Positions 42,350 to 56,402 of a stretch of 64,000 nt of DNA are shown here, in pieces; positions within the stretch are counted from its first letter, which is position 1; each line of letters starts with the position of its first letter. The notes under the pieces are model-generated. The model saw nothing but the letters and a program-made list of their open reading frames with translations, had not been told where the DNA came from and made no database searches. This stretch comes from Octopus vulgaris. Its lineage: Eukaryota. The DNA lies in NCBI GenBank assembly GCA_951406725.2, contig OX597814.1, positions 219,108,001-219,172,000 of the forward strand, read 5' to 3'. The translations under genes were made by a program, and so were the position numbers.

Positions 42350-42757
42350 CTCTTTTATTCTTTTACTTGTTTCAGTCATTTGACTGCGGCCATGCTGGAG
42401 CACCGCCTTTAGTCGAGCAAATCGACCCCGAGACTTATTCTTTGTAAGCCCAGTACTTATTCTATCGGCCTCTTTTGCCGAACCGCTAAGTGACGGGGAC
42501 GTACACACACCAGCATTGGTTGTCAAGCAATGCTAGGGGGACAAACACAGACACACACACACACACACATACATACATATATATACATATATACGACAGG
42601 CTTCTTTCAGTTTCCGTCTACCAAATCCACTCACAAGGCATTGGTCGGCCCGGGGCTATAGCAGAAGACACTTTCCCAAGATGCCACGCAGTGGGACTGA
42701 ACCCAGAACCATGTGGTTGGTTAGCAAGCTACTTACCACACAGCCACTCCTGCGCCT
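42350..42757 (-). mobile_element. SINE family C
   Basis: Full-length copy. Confidence 0.87.
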
Positions 42758-43659
42758 ATCTTGCGAATATTTGTAATGTGTGGCTGTTATTCGATTATAT
42801 TGAGTCCAGCTCTGGATTTGTATTATATTTTATTGATATTTCATTGATGAAAGATGAAGTTTTATAATGCTTAGTAGTATTAACCTGTTACTTTGCAGGG
42901 TGTGGGAAGGAATATAACAGTGAGAGGTTTTGTGTGTGTATTCTGTCTTTGTTCATCAATTTTGAATATCATATTTTTTGATGAGTTCAAGTTTGTTCTA
43001 TTTCTCCTTCCCCGCTCTCACTGGCATCAATTAGTATCATTGACCTGACCTTTAGGAATACATATACACTGGGAAATTGAAATGGAGCAAAAATTTTACT
43101 ATGTCACATATTGCCGGGGGGGGGGGGGATGTAAAGTACATTTATTGAGATCAGCGTCCTAAACTTTCATTCACCTCCACCACATGCACTCACTCACTCA
43201 CTCACACACACACACACACACACAGCATGTTCCATGTCTGTTACATAAAATCAGATATTAAGTTATGTTCAAACACACATGCAACATTTAAAACAAATGT
43301 TCCAGAAAATGAAGAAGCCATACAGACACACACAGTTGTGATTGCGAAAACACAAGAATCATTATAGTCAGAATTAAGCAGCTTAAATGCCATTCAGTGA
43401 CAGGACAGCATGAGACGTATTTATTATCAATACAAAACCTTTACATTTCACAATGAACGTTTTTTTTATTAGCTTATAAATATGTACATAATTTCTACTG
43501 ATCTTTTCTTACCTGTGACTAGGACTTAATGGAATTCAATAAACAGTTAATTTATCTACCTGTTTGACATTTTGTGTCAGGATATCTGCTCAAGCATTGT
43601 TTCACACCTGGCTGTTTGCCGCAAACATAAATGCATACAACATACAAATCGCATACATA

Positions 43660-44068
43660 CTTTTTTTACTCTTTTACTAGTTTCAGTCATTTGACTGCGG
43701 CCATGCTGGAGCAATGCCTTTAGTCGAGCAAATTGACCCCAGGACAAATTTTTTGTAAGCCTAGTACTTATTCTATTGGTCTCTTTTGCCGAACCGCTAA
43801 GTTACGGGGACGTAAACACACCTACATGGGTTGTGAAGCGATGTTGGGGGGTTCAAACACAGACACACAAACACACACACACATACATATATATATATAC
43901 ATATATACGACGGGCTTCTTTCAGTTTCCGTCTACCAAATCCACTCACAAGGCTTTGGTCGGCCCGAGGCTATAGTAGAAGACACTTGTCCAAGGTGCCA
44001 CGCAGTGGGACTCAACCCGGAACCATATGGTTGGTTAGCAAGCTACTTACCACACAGCCACTCCTGCT
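43660..44068 (-). mobile_element. SINE family C
   Basis: Full-length copy. Confidence 0.85.
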
Positions 44069-44531
44069 CCTACTGTTTTTCTTCTTTTTTTTTTTTTTTT
44101 TTTGACAGCTCTCTAATGTAACACCTTTAACTTTGTTTGCATTCAAAAATGTAGACTTCTTCTTTGGGTAAATGCATATGTTGTTAAGTGAGTGGAATTG
44201 GCCCCGTGCAAGGCAGATTCCTTTAAAATGCTTTAGGCCCAGGCATCACTTGATTTTAAACATCTCTGTTATGTGATCCATTCTCTGGTTGGCTGTGGCT
44301 GAAAAAAAGGCAAAACACAATGAAAAATTCCGTGGTGAAATGAAGGTATAGGACAGTGTGGGTAGTAAGCCTTCTGAACACCTGCTGCAAGAGGCACCCA
44401 TCATTGCCACACCTGTGCAAAAGTGTAGGTTTTTTTGTATGAACAAAAAGCTGCATCAATGCTACTCACGTTTAACAGAATAATCAAGCAAAAGCAATTC
44501 TTGAAATTGAGTTGCAAGCATTATATATATA

Positions 44532-44819
44532 TCCGATCGTGGCCGTTGCCAGCCTTGCCTGGCCCCCGTGCCTGTGGCACGTAATAAGCACCATCCGTCC
44601 GTGGCCGTTTGCCAGCCTCGTCTGTCACCTGTGTCGGTGGCACGTAAAAAGCACCCACTATACTCACGGAGTGGTTGGCGTTAGGAAGGGCATCCAGCCG
44701 TAGAAACACTGCCAGATCAGACTGGGCCTGGTGCAGCCTTCTGGGTTCTCAGACCCCAGTTGAACCGTCCAACCCATGCTAGCATGGAAAGCGGACGCTA
44801 AATGATGATGATGATGATA
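44532..44819 (+). mobile_element. Family D: RTE-type 3' tail repeat ending (GAT)n
   Basis: GGCACGTAAAAAGCACC..GGAAGGGCATCCAG..CATGCTAGCATGGAAAGCGGACG..(GAT)n; further copies near 29425, 31170, 33780, 36105, 38050, 39020, 45100, 49570, 59170. Confidence 0.75.
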
Positions 44820-45820
44820 TATATATATATATATATATAATGTGCAGTTGTTGAGCCTAAATTTGATGAATTTTGTCTACTTTTTTCAGGAATTGCTTGA
44901 TTAATTGGTGATCACTGATTTGCATTGGAGAGCATAAAGATGAAAGTTGTAGCTGAGAAAAAATTAGCTGACATGGAGAACTGGAAGCCCTGTGATTATT
45001 GGAAAAGAGTTACCTGTATCATGGTGATTGAATCCAGGTGTCAAAATGCTAACATTATGACTTGCTCAATTCTCTGTGAAGGCTGTAGGATGTAGCATGA
45101 ACAGCCCCGACTGGCTCCTGTGCCACGTTCGGATGGTGCATAAAAAGCACCATCCGAACGTGGCCAATGTCAGTGCTGCCTGACTGGCTCCCGTGCTGGT
45201 GGCATGTAAAAAGCAGCCACTACACTTTCGAAGTTGTTGACATTAGGAAGGGCATCCAGCTGTAGAAACATTGCCAGATTAGATTGGAGCCTGGTGCAGC
45301 TTCCTGGCTTGCCAGTCCCCAGTCAAACCGTCCAACCTATGCCAACATGGAAAATGGACGTTAAACAATGATGATGATGATAATCTAAGTAAAATAATTT
45401 TGTCACTATCAAGCTGATGTTTAGAAGTAAAACAATCATGAAATTTTGATGTAAAATTTAAATTTGGAGCATTTTAAAACAAGGAATGTATACCATAAAG
45501 CAAGGTGTGGCCTTGGGTGCATTGGTATCTGAAAGGTTAAATCCTTTGCTGAGCCGTTTCAGTAACAGATATTCCTTGGAAGCATTGCCTTTGCTTAGTT
45601 CTTGGGAGTGTCACCCTGCTGGCTGTGCTGCTGCTCACATTTGCTGGAGAGGGGGGGGAGAAGATAATTAATTTGCGATTTCAAACTGACAGCTAATGAA
45701 TGGAATGTCCCACTGATGAAACTGTGCGATTACAAATGTGTAGGGGAAAATTTATTTTCTGTTTCTCTCTCATTTGGCACTGCTCCAAATGTATGTACAC
45801 AAACAAACACGCTAACAGTT

Positions 45821-45936
<116 letters not shown>

Positions 45937-48228
45937 ACGTTTGCTACTGTAGTAATACAAAGCAGCTCCAACAACCTGGAAGTGGTGGCAACATTTCTGT
46001 GTACAAGAAAATGTGTAATTGGAGCTGTGGGTTTTATGGCTGTATAACCCCACCACCACCACCAGTGCTAACTAACCTTGCCTGGAATGGGGGATGTAAT
46101 GGTGGTGAATATATGATCCATCAAACATCACTGACTATTTTCATTACTTTCATTTCTGTACAGCCTTTTTGCTTTCTTTCTGTACACACACACACACACA
46201 CACAATGTCGAATGTGTGTAAAACGTATTTATATATGTTTGTCTGTGCATGCATATAAAATAATCTTATTGACTGAGGTTTGTGAAGTGAAGCCTTCAAC
46301 AAAGTAACATTCAGTTCTAGGCAGGAGAAGCACAGATTGGTTCAAATGAGAAGTGTAAGAATCAAGAAAGATAATGGTTTTGAAGTTGGGTAATGGTCAG
46401 TACTTAATTTGGACTGTGGATGTGTGTGAAGAAGTAGGGTTTAGAGATAGGGATTCACAGGAGGCAGTAAATTAAGAGGCAAAGGCAAGGTTGTATTGAG
46501 CCTATTGAATAAAGGGAATGAAAAGAATTCAATATAGGAATCACTCTTTAATTGCTGCTTAATATGTAAATGTAATTTGGAGTTTTAGATTAATATTTAA
46601 ATCCTAAAGACATAGAGACATGTATTTGGTGTTTGGCAAAACTCCTCAAGGTTGTGGAGTCACCACTGAACGTTTTTTCATGTTTGTGACAAGGTAGCGT
46701 GTTAGTGTCGGAGCCCTTCAGTCTCCAAGTTACACTAAAAAATGGAGTTGAAGTAAACATTGAAAATCTAGTGAAATGGTTATCAATTTCACACTAATGT
46801 CACAGCTTTCGGCAACAAATTCTTTCTCTTGGTAATATTTATTTACAGTTATATGATCTGGACGACTAACACCTCCGTGTCTCCAATACATATCTACATG
46901 AACTTGATTATAACTTAATATGATATTGCCACATATGTAATATATAAATATACTTATGTGTATCATACTTATGTTTAATATATTTATAGACTCTGTGGTG
47001 ACGAGCTGGCAGAATCGTCAGCACACTGCTTAGTGGCATCTTGTCCGTCTTTACATTCTGAAATCAGTCTCTGTTGAGGTTAACTTTGCATTTCATCCCA
47101 TCAAAATCGATAAAATGAATACCTGTTGAGCAGTGGGATTAGTGTAATTAATTGGCCTACTTCCTCCCTTGAATTTGGTGGCCTTGTGCCAAAATTTGAA
47201 ACCAATATCTTTAGAGATGCTTAAAATAACATAAGTAAACATACTTAAAGTAGATTTGCCTTTGATCATGGGTCTTCCTTCCATAAAAGAACTGATCTAT
47301 ATTCCAGCCATGACCTACTTGTTTTATTTTTGTTTGTTTTTAGGACTGTGTCAAAGACTGTATTATTCAATATGCCCTATTCATATTTAATATTCTAGAG
47401 TGAGCTGCTATTTCCAGCAGACCCAATGACTGTGTTCAGACATGAGTTTTTGTTGTTAGCCCCAGGTTATTATTGACTGAGCAGAGTAAACAAATGGGTG
47501 AGAAGGCAAACCAACCACGACCACTTCATCTTTTATTCAGTCGCAATGTATCTAGAACTATAAAAATTATCAAATCTAAGGAAGACTTGGCTGTTAGTTC
47601 TGGCAGGTGCAGCAACTGTGTAGAAACCTTTTCATTGGCAAACATAAATTATTTGGATATGTAGATATGTGGCAGTAGATTTTTAGGATCATTAGAGCTG
47701 TAGACATAATGCTTTAAGGCATTCAGCTACATCTTACATTCTGAGGTTAAATTCTGCCAAGGTCAACTTCAACTATCATCTTCCTGGGGTTTTCTTGATC
47801 TTATATCAATATTTAACTTATCATTAAGAGGCAGTGAGCTGGCAGAATCATTAGCACACTGGACAGAATTCTTAGTGGCATTTCATCTGTCGTTATGTTC
47901 TGAGTTCAAATTCCCCCAAGGTCAACTTTGCCTTTCATTCTTTCGGGTTTGAAAAATAAGTACTGGTTGAGCCCTGGGGTCAGTGTCACTGACTTATCTC
48001 CTACTCCAAAATTTGTGCCCAAAATTTAACTTTAGATAAACTTTAGAAAAACTTTTGCAGCCTAGCATTAAATAAATTGAAATGTATCAGTGTTTGCTGA
48101 AATAGACAATGATTTTAATGTCTTGTTTAAATTGTTGTCTAGTTTTAGGTCATAAAAAAATTATTTATCCCCAGATGAGACTTGATTGAGCTAAACCTAC
48201 ATTGTTACAAATTATTTGTTCTCATTAT

Positions 48229-48400
48229 AGGCATAGGAGTGGCTGTGTGGTAAGTAGCTTGCTTACCAACCACATAGTTCCAGGTTCAGTCCCACTGCGT
48301 GGCACCTTGGGCAAATGTCTTTTACTATAGCCTCAGGCCGACCAAAGCCTTGTGAGCGGATTTGGTAGACAGAAACTGAAAGAAGCCTGTCGTATATATG

Positions 48401-48433
<33 letters not shown>

Positions 48434-48648
48434 CTGTGTTTGTCCCCCCCACAGCATCGCTTGACAATCGATGCTGGTGTGTTTACATCCCCATAACTTA
48501 GTGGTTTGGCAAAAGAGACAAAGAGACTGATAGAATAAGTACTAGGCTTACAATGAATAAGTCCTGGGTTCAATTTGCTTGACTAAAAGTGGTGCTCCAG
48601 CATGGCTACAGTCAAATGACTGAAACAAGTGAAAAAAAAAAAAAAGAG
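48229..48648 (+). mobile_element. SINE family C
   Basis: Full-length, CpG-decayed copy. Confidence 0.85.
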
Positions 48649-50409
48649 TAGGTAGATAGGTACATGTTTCAGAGATGTTTGCAATTTTTTTAGTCAGCCA
48701 TTAGAGAAAAGAAGTGAAGGCTTGTGGCTTAGTGGTTAGAGTGTCAGGATTAATGATTGTGAGATTGCGGTTTCGATTCCTGCACTGGATGACACATTGT
48801 ATTCTTGAGCAAAACACTTCATTTCACATTGCTTCAGCCCACTGACAAAACTGAATGTTCCTGTAATGGATTGGTGTCCTGTCTAGGTGGGGAATGTATA
48901 TGCCATGAAAATGGGAAACTGGCCCCTTTGAGTTGATATGACTCGAGAGAGTAACTTAACTATGCTTATTAGAGAAAAGAAGAGGAAAGAAAAAGGAGTA
49001 AGGTGGAATGATCATCTCAGAGATGAAAAGAATCCCTATTATATAGTAGAAATACGAACATTTGCAAATGCCCAGAACTGCAGAGTGTTGCACTTGTGCG
49101 TGTGTGTGTGTGTGTGTGTGTCAAAGCTTAGTGTATCTGGTAGAGTGAGATAAAAACTAATTTACTTGACAAACAATTATCTTTTTAAAGGCATCAGCTG
49201 TTGGTTGATATATTTATTACAATTTGTAGCTGTTAGTTACTTCTTGAATTCATTACATACTGAGAGAGAAAATATAGTTTTCCCAATGTAATTAACTTTT
49301 CTGATTTGTTAATTTCCTAATAATGTGTTAATGTTTGGTTTAAACTTGAGCTACAGTCTCCTTCAGAAATATTTTATTGTGTTTGAGAAGCAAGTTGTGG
49401 TGATGAAACTCCTATGTCTGGACTTTATTCAGCTCATCTATCCTTGGTACACTGTATGAATATAGAGCTTTCATTACTGATGTTGTTCAGCTTTGGGTCA
49501 GCAAAGACTGAGTAGGCCTAAGATTAAAGACATGCCAACCATGACCATCTGTTTATATATATATATGGTGCAGCCTTCGGGCTCCCCAGACTCCAGTTGA
49601 ACCGTCCAACCCATGCTAGCATGGAAAGCGGACGTTAAATGAGGATGATGATGATGATGATCTCATAGTTATATTGTCCAATTTGTTCTTTTTTACTTAA
49701 GGTGGTAACTTTTGATTTGAGATAGATTAAGCTACTATTTCTAGTAGGTTGTGTAAATGCTTAAATATTTCCCCCCTTGGTTTTGTTTTGATGTCATTAT
49801 TATTATTATTATTTTTTAAAAAAAAACAAAAACATTTTTTTCAATAGCCCTGCAAAGACAGTGATTTGGCTGAAATGGTAGGAATGCTTGACAAAATGGC
49901 TGCAATATTTAATTAAACCCTTTAAGTTCTAATTTCAAATTTCACCAAAGTCAAGTTTATGTTTCATCTTTCCAGATGTTAATAAAAAAAAGTACCAGTT
50001 AAGTACTGGAGTAATTGATGGTACCTGTCCCTCTAAATGTATAGTCTTGTTCTTATATTAGATATCAATTTGTAAATTTGCATTACATTTCTTTGTTACA
50101 ATTGTTTGTTTGTTTCCTCTCTTTCACTTAGATTCAAACTTCCTGTCAAATGGTATAACAACCCAGTTCTCAAGCAGGACAGTTCCTTGCTTTCATTTCC
50201 AGTCTGCTACTCACTCTGAGCCTATGAATTGCATAATTTTTCTGGTAAGTTGTCTTTATGTTGTACTATGTTCACCAGGCTCCTGATGATGTTAAAGGAG
50301 TTAAGTCTGTAGTGATATATACATGTGTATATGATTGATAACTTCATACTGACAGTAATCACTGAAACAGATATCATTTCTACAATTATATCATTTTTTA
50401 AATGTCCAT

Positions 50410-50444
<35 letters not shown>

Positions 50445-50692
50445 CCTTGTGTATGTGTTTCTCTCTCACCACCACTTAACAACCAGTGTTGTTTTGTTTA
50501 TGTCCCAGTAACTTAAACATTTGACAAAACAAACTACTAAAGTCCCAGGCTTAAAATAAAAAGTACTGAAGTCAGTTTTTTATTTTTTATCAACCAAACT
50601 TTTCAAAGCATTGCTTCTGCATGGCCATAGTTCACTGTGTGTAACAAGTAAAAGATTCTAACATAACAAGCTCTGGTTGTAGATTTGTTTCT

Positions 50693-50731
<39 letters not shown>

Positions 50732-50848
50732 ATGATATTTGCATATTGTTGGAGCTGTTATTTTTACTGATGGATGTTTACCGTTCAACTGTGAGTCATT
50801 GAAGTAGGAAGCATGCTGAGTTATGTGCTTCACCAAAGGTCACACTAC

Positions 50849-52477
50849 AAAAGTTACAATCTATGATTATGATAACAGAAGTCCTGCACCTTACACACAC
50901 ACACACACACCCCCTCTAAACTATTGTACTTCCTAATGTACTTTCACATTTTTTCTATCAAAATAATTAAAATAAAAGTTACAATCTATGATTATGATAA
51001 CAGAAGTCCTGCACCTTACACACACACACACACACACACCCTCTAAACTATTGTACTTCCTAATGTACTTTCACATTTTTTCTACCAAAATAATTAAAAT
51101 AAAAGTTACAATCTATGATTATGATAACAGAAGTCCTGCACCTTACACACACACACACACACACACACACCCTCTAAACTATTGTACTTCCTAATGTACT
51201 TTCACATTTTTTCTACCAAAATAATTAAAATAAAAGTTACAATCTATGATTATGATAACAGAAGTCCTGCACCTTACACACACACACACACACCCTCTAA
51301 ACTATTGTACTTCCTAATGTACTTTCACATTTTTCTAACAAAATAATTAAAATAAAAGTTACAATCTATGATTATGATAACAGAAGTCCTGCACCTTACA
51401 CACACACACACACACCCTCTAAACTATTGTACTTCCTAATGTACTTTCACATTTTTTCTATCAAAATAATTAAAATAAAAGTTACAATCTATGATTATGA
51501 TAACAGAAGTCCTGCACCTTACACACACACACACACACCCTCTAAACTATTGTACTTCCTAATGTACTTTCACATTTTTTCTATCAAAATAATTAAAATA
51601 AAAGTTACAATCTATGATTATGATAACAGAAGTCCTGCACCTTACACACACACACACACACCCTCTAAACTATTGTACTTCCTAATGTACTTTCACATTT
51701 TTCTATCAAAATAATTAAAATAAAAGTTACAATCTATGATTATGATAACAGAAGTCCTGCACCTTACACACACACACACACACACCCTCTAAACTATTGT
51801 ACTTCCTAATGTACTATCACATTTTTCTAACAAAATAATTAAAATAAAAGTTACAATCTATGATTATGATAACAGAAGTCCTGCACCTTACACACACACA
51901 CACACACCCTCTAAACTATTGTACTTCCTAATGTACTTTCACATTTTTTCTATCAAAATAATTAAAATAAAAGTTACAATCTATGATTATGATAACAGAA
52001 GTCCTGCACCTTACACACACACACACACACCCCTCTAAACTATTGTACTTCCTAATGTACTTTCACATTTTTTCTATCAAAATAATTAAAATAAAAGTTA
52101 CAATCTATGATTATGATAACAGAAGTCCTGCACCTTACACACACACACACACACCCTCTAAACTATTGTACTTCCTAATGTACTTTCACATTTTTTCTAC
52201 CAAAATAATTAAAATAAAAGTTACAATCTATGATTATGATAACAGAAGTCCTGCACCTTACACACACACACACACACACACCCTCTAAACTATTGTACTT
52301 CCTAATGTACTTTCACATTTTTTCTATCAAAATAATTAAAATAAAAGTTACAATCTAAGATTATGATAACAGAAGTCCTGCACCTTACACACACACACAC
52401 ACACACACACCCTCTAAACTATTGTACTTCCTAATGTACTTTCACATTTTTTCTACCAAAATAATTAAAATAAAAGT
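50849..52477. repeat. Minisatellite: 13 tandem units of about 122-131 bp, each containing a variable (CA)n
   Basis: Unit AAAAGTTACAATCTATGATTATGATAACAGAAGTCCTGCACCTTA(CA)nCCCTCTAAACTATTGTACTTCCTAATG...AATTAAAAT; starts near 50849, 50974, 51101, 51232, 51354, 51477, 51600, 51722, 51846, 51969, 52093, 52216, 52343. Confidence 0.97.
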
Positions 52478-52688
52478 GTTAGATAAGTTTTATTTTATTC
52501 AATGTGGAAGTCTTTCTTCTCATTGCCAAGAATAAAACTGTTTTACTTGCTGATAAAATAATAATGTTTCAAGCAAGTGAAACAATAATTTTTGTTTTTA
52601 TTTTCTTGAAATTCACTTTTTGTGAAAGACTGGATAAGTTAATGGTAAGTTCAAAGGCTCAGGGGTTGTATTACAAATGTTGAGATGT

Positions 52689-53100
52689 AGGCGCGGGAGT
52701 GGCTGTGTGGTAAGTAGCTTGCTAACCAGCCACATGGTTCCGGGTTCAGTCCCATTGCGTGGCATCTTGGGCAAGTGTCTTCTACTATAGCCTCGGGCCG
52801 ACCAAAGCCTTGTGAGTGGATTTGGTAGACGGAAACTGAAAAGAAGCCTGTCATATATATGTATATATATATATGTGTGTGTGTGTTTGTGTGTCTGTGT
52901 TTGTCCCCCTAGCATTGCTTGACAACCGATGCTGGTGTGTTTACGTCCCCGTCACTTAGCGGTTCGGCAAAAGAGACCGATAGAATAAGTACTGGGCTTA
53001 CAAAGAATAAGTCCCGGGGTCGAGTTGCTCGACTAAAGGCGGTGCTCCAGCATGGCCGCAGTCAAATGACTGAAACAAGTAAAAGAGTAAAGAGTAAGAG
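52689..53100 (+). mobile_element. SINE family C (young, CpG intact)
   Basis: Full-length copy. Confidence 0.87.
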
Positions 53101-53749
53101 TCCTTGAGCAAGTTATTTCAACTCTACTTGACTTATCTCAATTAAAATTTGGTACTTTGTTAGTTTTACTTAATAAAAGAGCATAGATTCGATGGGAGTT
53201 GACTCTTATGCACTGAATCTTTTGGAAAATGTGTAAAGCAGTAAGAAAGATTTTGTAGGGATTTGGAAAAGGATTTGTTTAGTGATGTGCTGAATGGATG
53301 ATCTCAAACAATTTGTATTAAAAGAAAATGAACGTAGTATTGCAGTAAAATCTAGTAATGGGACAGCATCAGCTAGATTGTTATACCTAAGCCTTAGCAA
53401 CAGGAGAAGTTTAGCCCTTTGTGTAATCAAATTTCGTGACCATCCTAAGTCCAGGGTGCCACATAAAAGGCATTGGTGTGGGTGCTGGTGCCACGTAAAA
53501 AGCACTGGTGCTTGGTGCCATGTAAAAAGCACTGGTGATGGTGCCACGTAAAAAGCATATAATGGACTTACCTGCTCCCACTAAAATCAGTGGCTTTGTG
53601 TCTGTAAGAGCAAAGAAATCCATCAACATCACCATTTAATGTCTGCTTTCCATTGCTAACATGGCTTGCAGAAATAATAGTCTATCTCTTTTTAAAAAAA
53701 ACTTTATATCTTCCTTGAATTATTATTATTATTATTATTATTATTATTT

Positions 53750-54200
53750 AAGGCAGTGAGCTGGCAGCATTGTTAGCATACTGGGCAAAATGCTTAGCAG
53801 CATTTCATCTAACTTCATGTTCTGAGTTCAAATTCCACCAAGGTCGACTTTGCCTTTTGTCCTTTTGAGGTTGATAAATTAAGTACCAGTTGAACACTGG
53901 GGTTGATGTAATCAACTAGTCCCCTCCCCACAAATTCCAAGCCTTGTGCCTATAGTAGAAAGGATTATTGTTGTTGTTGTTATTGCAAGGCGGCAAGCTG
54001 GCAAAACCATTGGCATGCTGGGTAAAATGTTTAGCGGCATTTTGTCATCTTCATGTTCTGAATTCAAATTGTGCTGAGGTTGACTTTGCCCTTCGTCCTT
54101 TCAGGGTCGATAAATTAAGTACCAGTTGAACACTGGGCTTGATGTAATCAACTTACTCCTTCTTACCAAATTTCAAGCCTTGTGCCTATAATAGAAAGGA
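53750..54200 (+). mobile_element. Two tandem older SINE family B-related copies
   Basis: Heads near 53750 and 53988, ending AGAAAGGA(TTA)n; CpG to TpG/CpA decay. Confidence 0.78.
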
Positions 54201-54226
54201 TTATTATTATTATTATTATTATTATT

Positions 54227-54449
54227 CAGTAGTTTTATTTTTTATAGCGTGCTTTCACTTCACTACCGAGCGCAGCTCTGTGTGCCTTGGGTATGTGCTG
54301 TGATTTGTTGTGATGCTCTGATGGTTATTGTATGGAAAGTGTTCTGCGTAGGATGTGTGCAGTGCCTAGTAGTGCAATTTTCTGTATGTTATATGTGTTT
54401 GTAAGTCCTGGTGTTTTTGTTATGTATTTGTCTGAATATTTTTTTATTA

Positions 54450-54453
<4 letters not shown>
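54227..54453 (-). mobile_element. 5'-truncated R4/Dong-like (RLE) non-LTR retrotransposon in (TAA)n
   Basis: C-terminal peptide IQKIALLGTAHILRRTLS followed by a short 3' UTR; (TAA)n on both sides. Confidence 0.7.
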
Positions 54454-54500
<47 letters not shown>

Positions 54501-54568
54501 GAAACAAATCAATTTTAGTACTGTAAACTATGAGAATTAGTTTGCCACCCAAACAAAAAAAAAAATCA

Positions 54569-54614
<46 letters not shown>

Positions 54615-55220
54615 GTTTTTTTACCTTTCTTTCAGTACATGTTCTACCACTATTTAAGTAATGCAGTTGGAATATTAGCATATTGATGTATTTCAGGACT
54701 ATTGTCACTAGTTCACCGTTAGCCTGCTCTTTATTAATCTACCTACCTGCAGAGTTTGTCTAGTAGAGAGCTTGATAACATAAACAGGAGTCAGTAAGCT
54801 CACTAAGATCTCTTTGCTGACACCTTAACTCATCTTCTACAAATAACGTTAGATAATAATGTGATGTTCAGAGGTTTTGATTTTTTTTTTTTCTTTTTTT
54901 TTTGCTGTACCATTTGATGACAGTCATCCTCGTAAATGCAGGAGGCTTTTGCATGGTTGCATTCAACCTGCTAAGTATAGTAGCTGAAACTCACTCAGAT
55001 CTTACCCTACTATCTTAAAAAGAAAGAAAGTACACATTCTCTCATGCAGTCTTGGATACACTACTATCGTAAGATGGGATGGTGATGGACATAATGTCTT
55101 TGATCGTTGGTGTATTTAACCAGATCTGACCTGGGGCTAAACAGTAAGTGTCAATCTTTTCTTACTACTGTTGTATACCAGCTTGCTGCCTTCAATAATA
55201 ATAATAATAATAATAATCCT

Positions 55221-55540
55221 TTCTCAACCAGGGTCCATGTAAGATTTTAGGGGTTCCACACAACAAAAATGTAAATTGGGGATCCACAATAGTATTTTAA
55301 GGGCCCTTGAAAAAATTTGCTTAAGATGTATTTATTTGTATGTATTGCAAAAAATAGGTTTCTTTCTCAAAGATTTTACATAATTCAACCTACACAAGTT
55401 AATGTTTGAAAAACAAAAAAGAAATTTTGAAAGAAGTTTTTATAAAACTAATTTTTGAATATTAAATAGGTATGGGGGTCCACCAGAATAAAATGGTAAT
55501 CAAAAGTGTCTGTAGATAAAAAAATGGTTGAGAACCCCTG
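55221..55540. mobile_element. hAT-type MITE, left end eroded
   Basis: TTCTCAACCA...TGGTTGAGAACCCCTG inverted termini. Confidence 0.55.
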
Positions 55541-55679
55541 TACTAAATGCACAAGACCTGAAGTTTTTGGGGAGGAGACTAGTCAATTATATCAACCCCA
55601 GTGTTTCACTGGTACTTAATTTATTGACCCCGAAAGGATAAAAGGCAAAGCCAACTTTGTCAGAATTTGAACTCCAAAA

Positions 55680-55912
55680 GGCGGCAAGCTGGCAGAAACG
55701 TTAGCAAGCCGGGCAAAATGCTTAGCGGTATTTTGCCTGTCTTTACGTTCTGAGTTCAAATTCCGCTGAAGTCGACTTTGCCTTTCATCCTTTCGGGGTC
55801 GATAAATTAAGTACCAATTATGCACTGGGGTCAATGTAGTCGACTTAATCCCTTTGTCTGTCCTTGTTTGTCCCCTCTATGTTTAACCCCGTGTGGGCAG
55901 TAAAAGAAATAA
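55680..55912 (+). mobile_element. SINE family B nested in an older minus-strand copy
   Basis: Full head, core and tail. Confidence 0.8.
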
Positions 55913-56019
55913 GAATTTGAACTGCAAACAGTAAAGATGGATGAAATGACACTGAGTCTTTTATTCAGTGTGCTAACAATTCTGCCAGCTCACCACCTTA
56001 ATAATAATAATATTTGGGG

Positions 56020-56402
56020 GGAAGCACTCCGTCGGTTACGACGACGAGGGTTCCGGTTGATCCGAATCAACGGAATAGCCTGCTCGTGAAATTAACGTGT
56101 AAGTGGCTGAGCACTCCACAGACATGTGCACCCTTAACATAGTTCTCGGGGATATTCAGCGTGACACAGAGTGACAAGGCCGGCCCCTTGAAATACAGGT
56201 ACAACAGAAACAGGAAGTAAGAGTGAGAGAAAGTTGTGGTGAAAGAGTACAGCAGGGATCACCACCAACCCCTGCCGGAGCCTCGTGGAGCTTTTTAGGT
56301 GTTTTTGCTCAATAAACACTCACAACGCCCGGTCTGGGAATCGAAACCGCGATCCTACGACCGCGAGTCCGCTGCCCTAACCACTGGGCCCTTGCGCCTC
56401 CA
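56020..56402 (-). mobile_element. SINE family A, type 3
   Basis: Matches the 17405 copy. Confidence 0.88.

Noticed and set aside
42880-44960. Acceptor-like sites (TTTGCAG near 42898, TTTTCAG near 44889) as extra TMEM164 UTR exons
   Set aside because: No matching donor or coding evidence; such motifs are common by chance
50849-52477. CRISPR-like regular array
   Set aside because: No unique spacers, unit of about 124 bp, no cas genes, eukaryotic context; it is a tandem minisatellite
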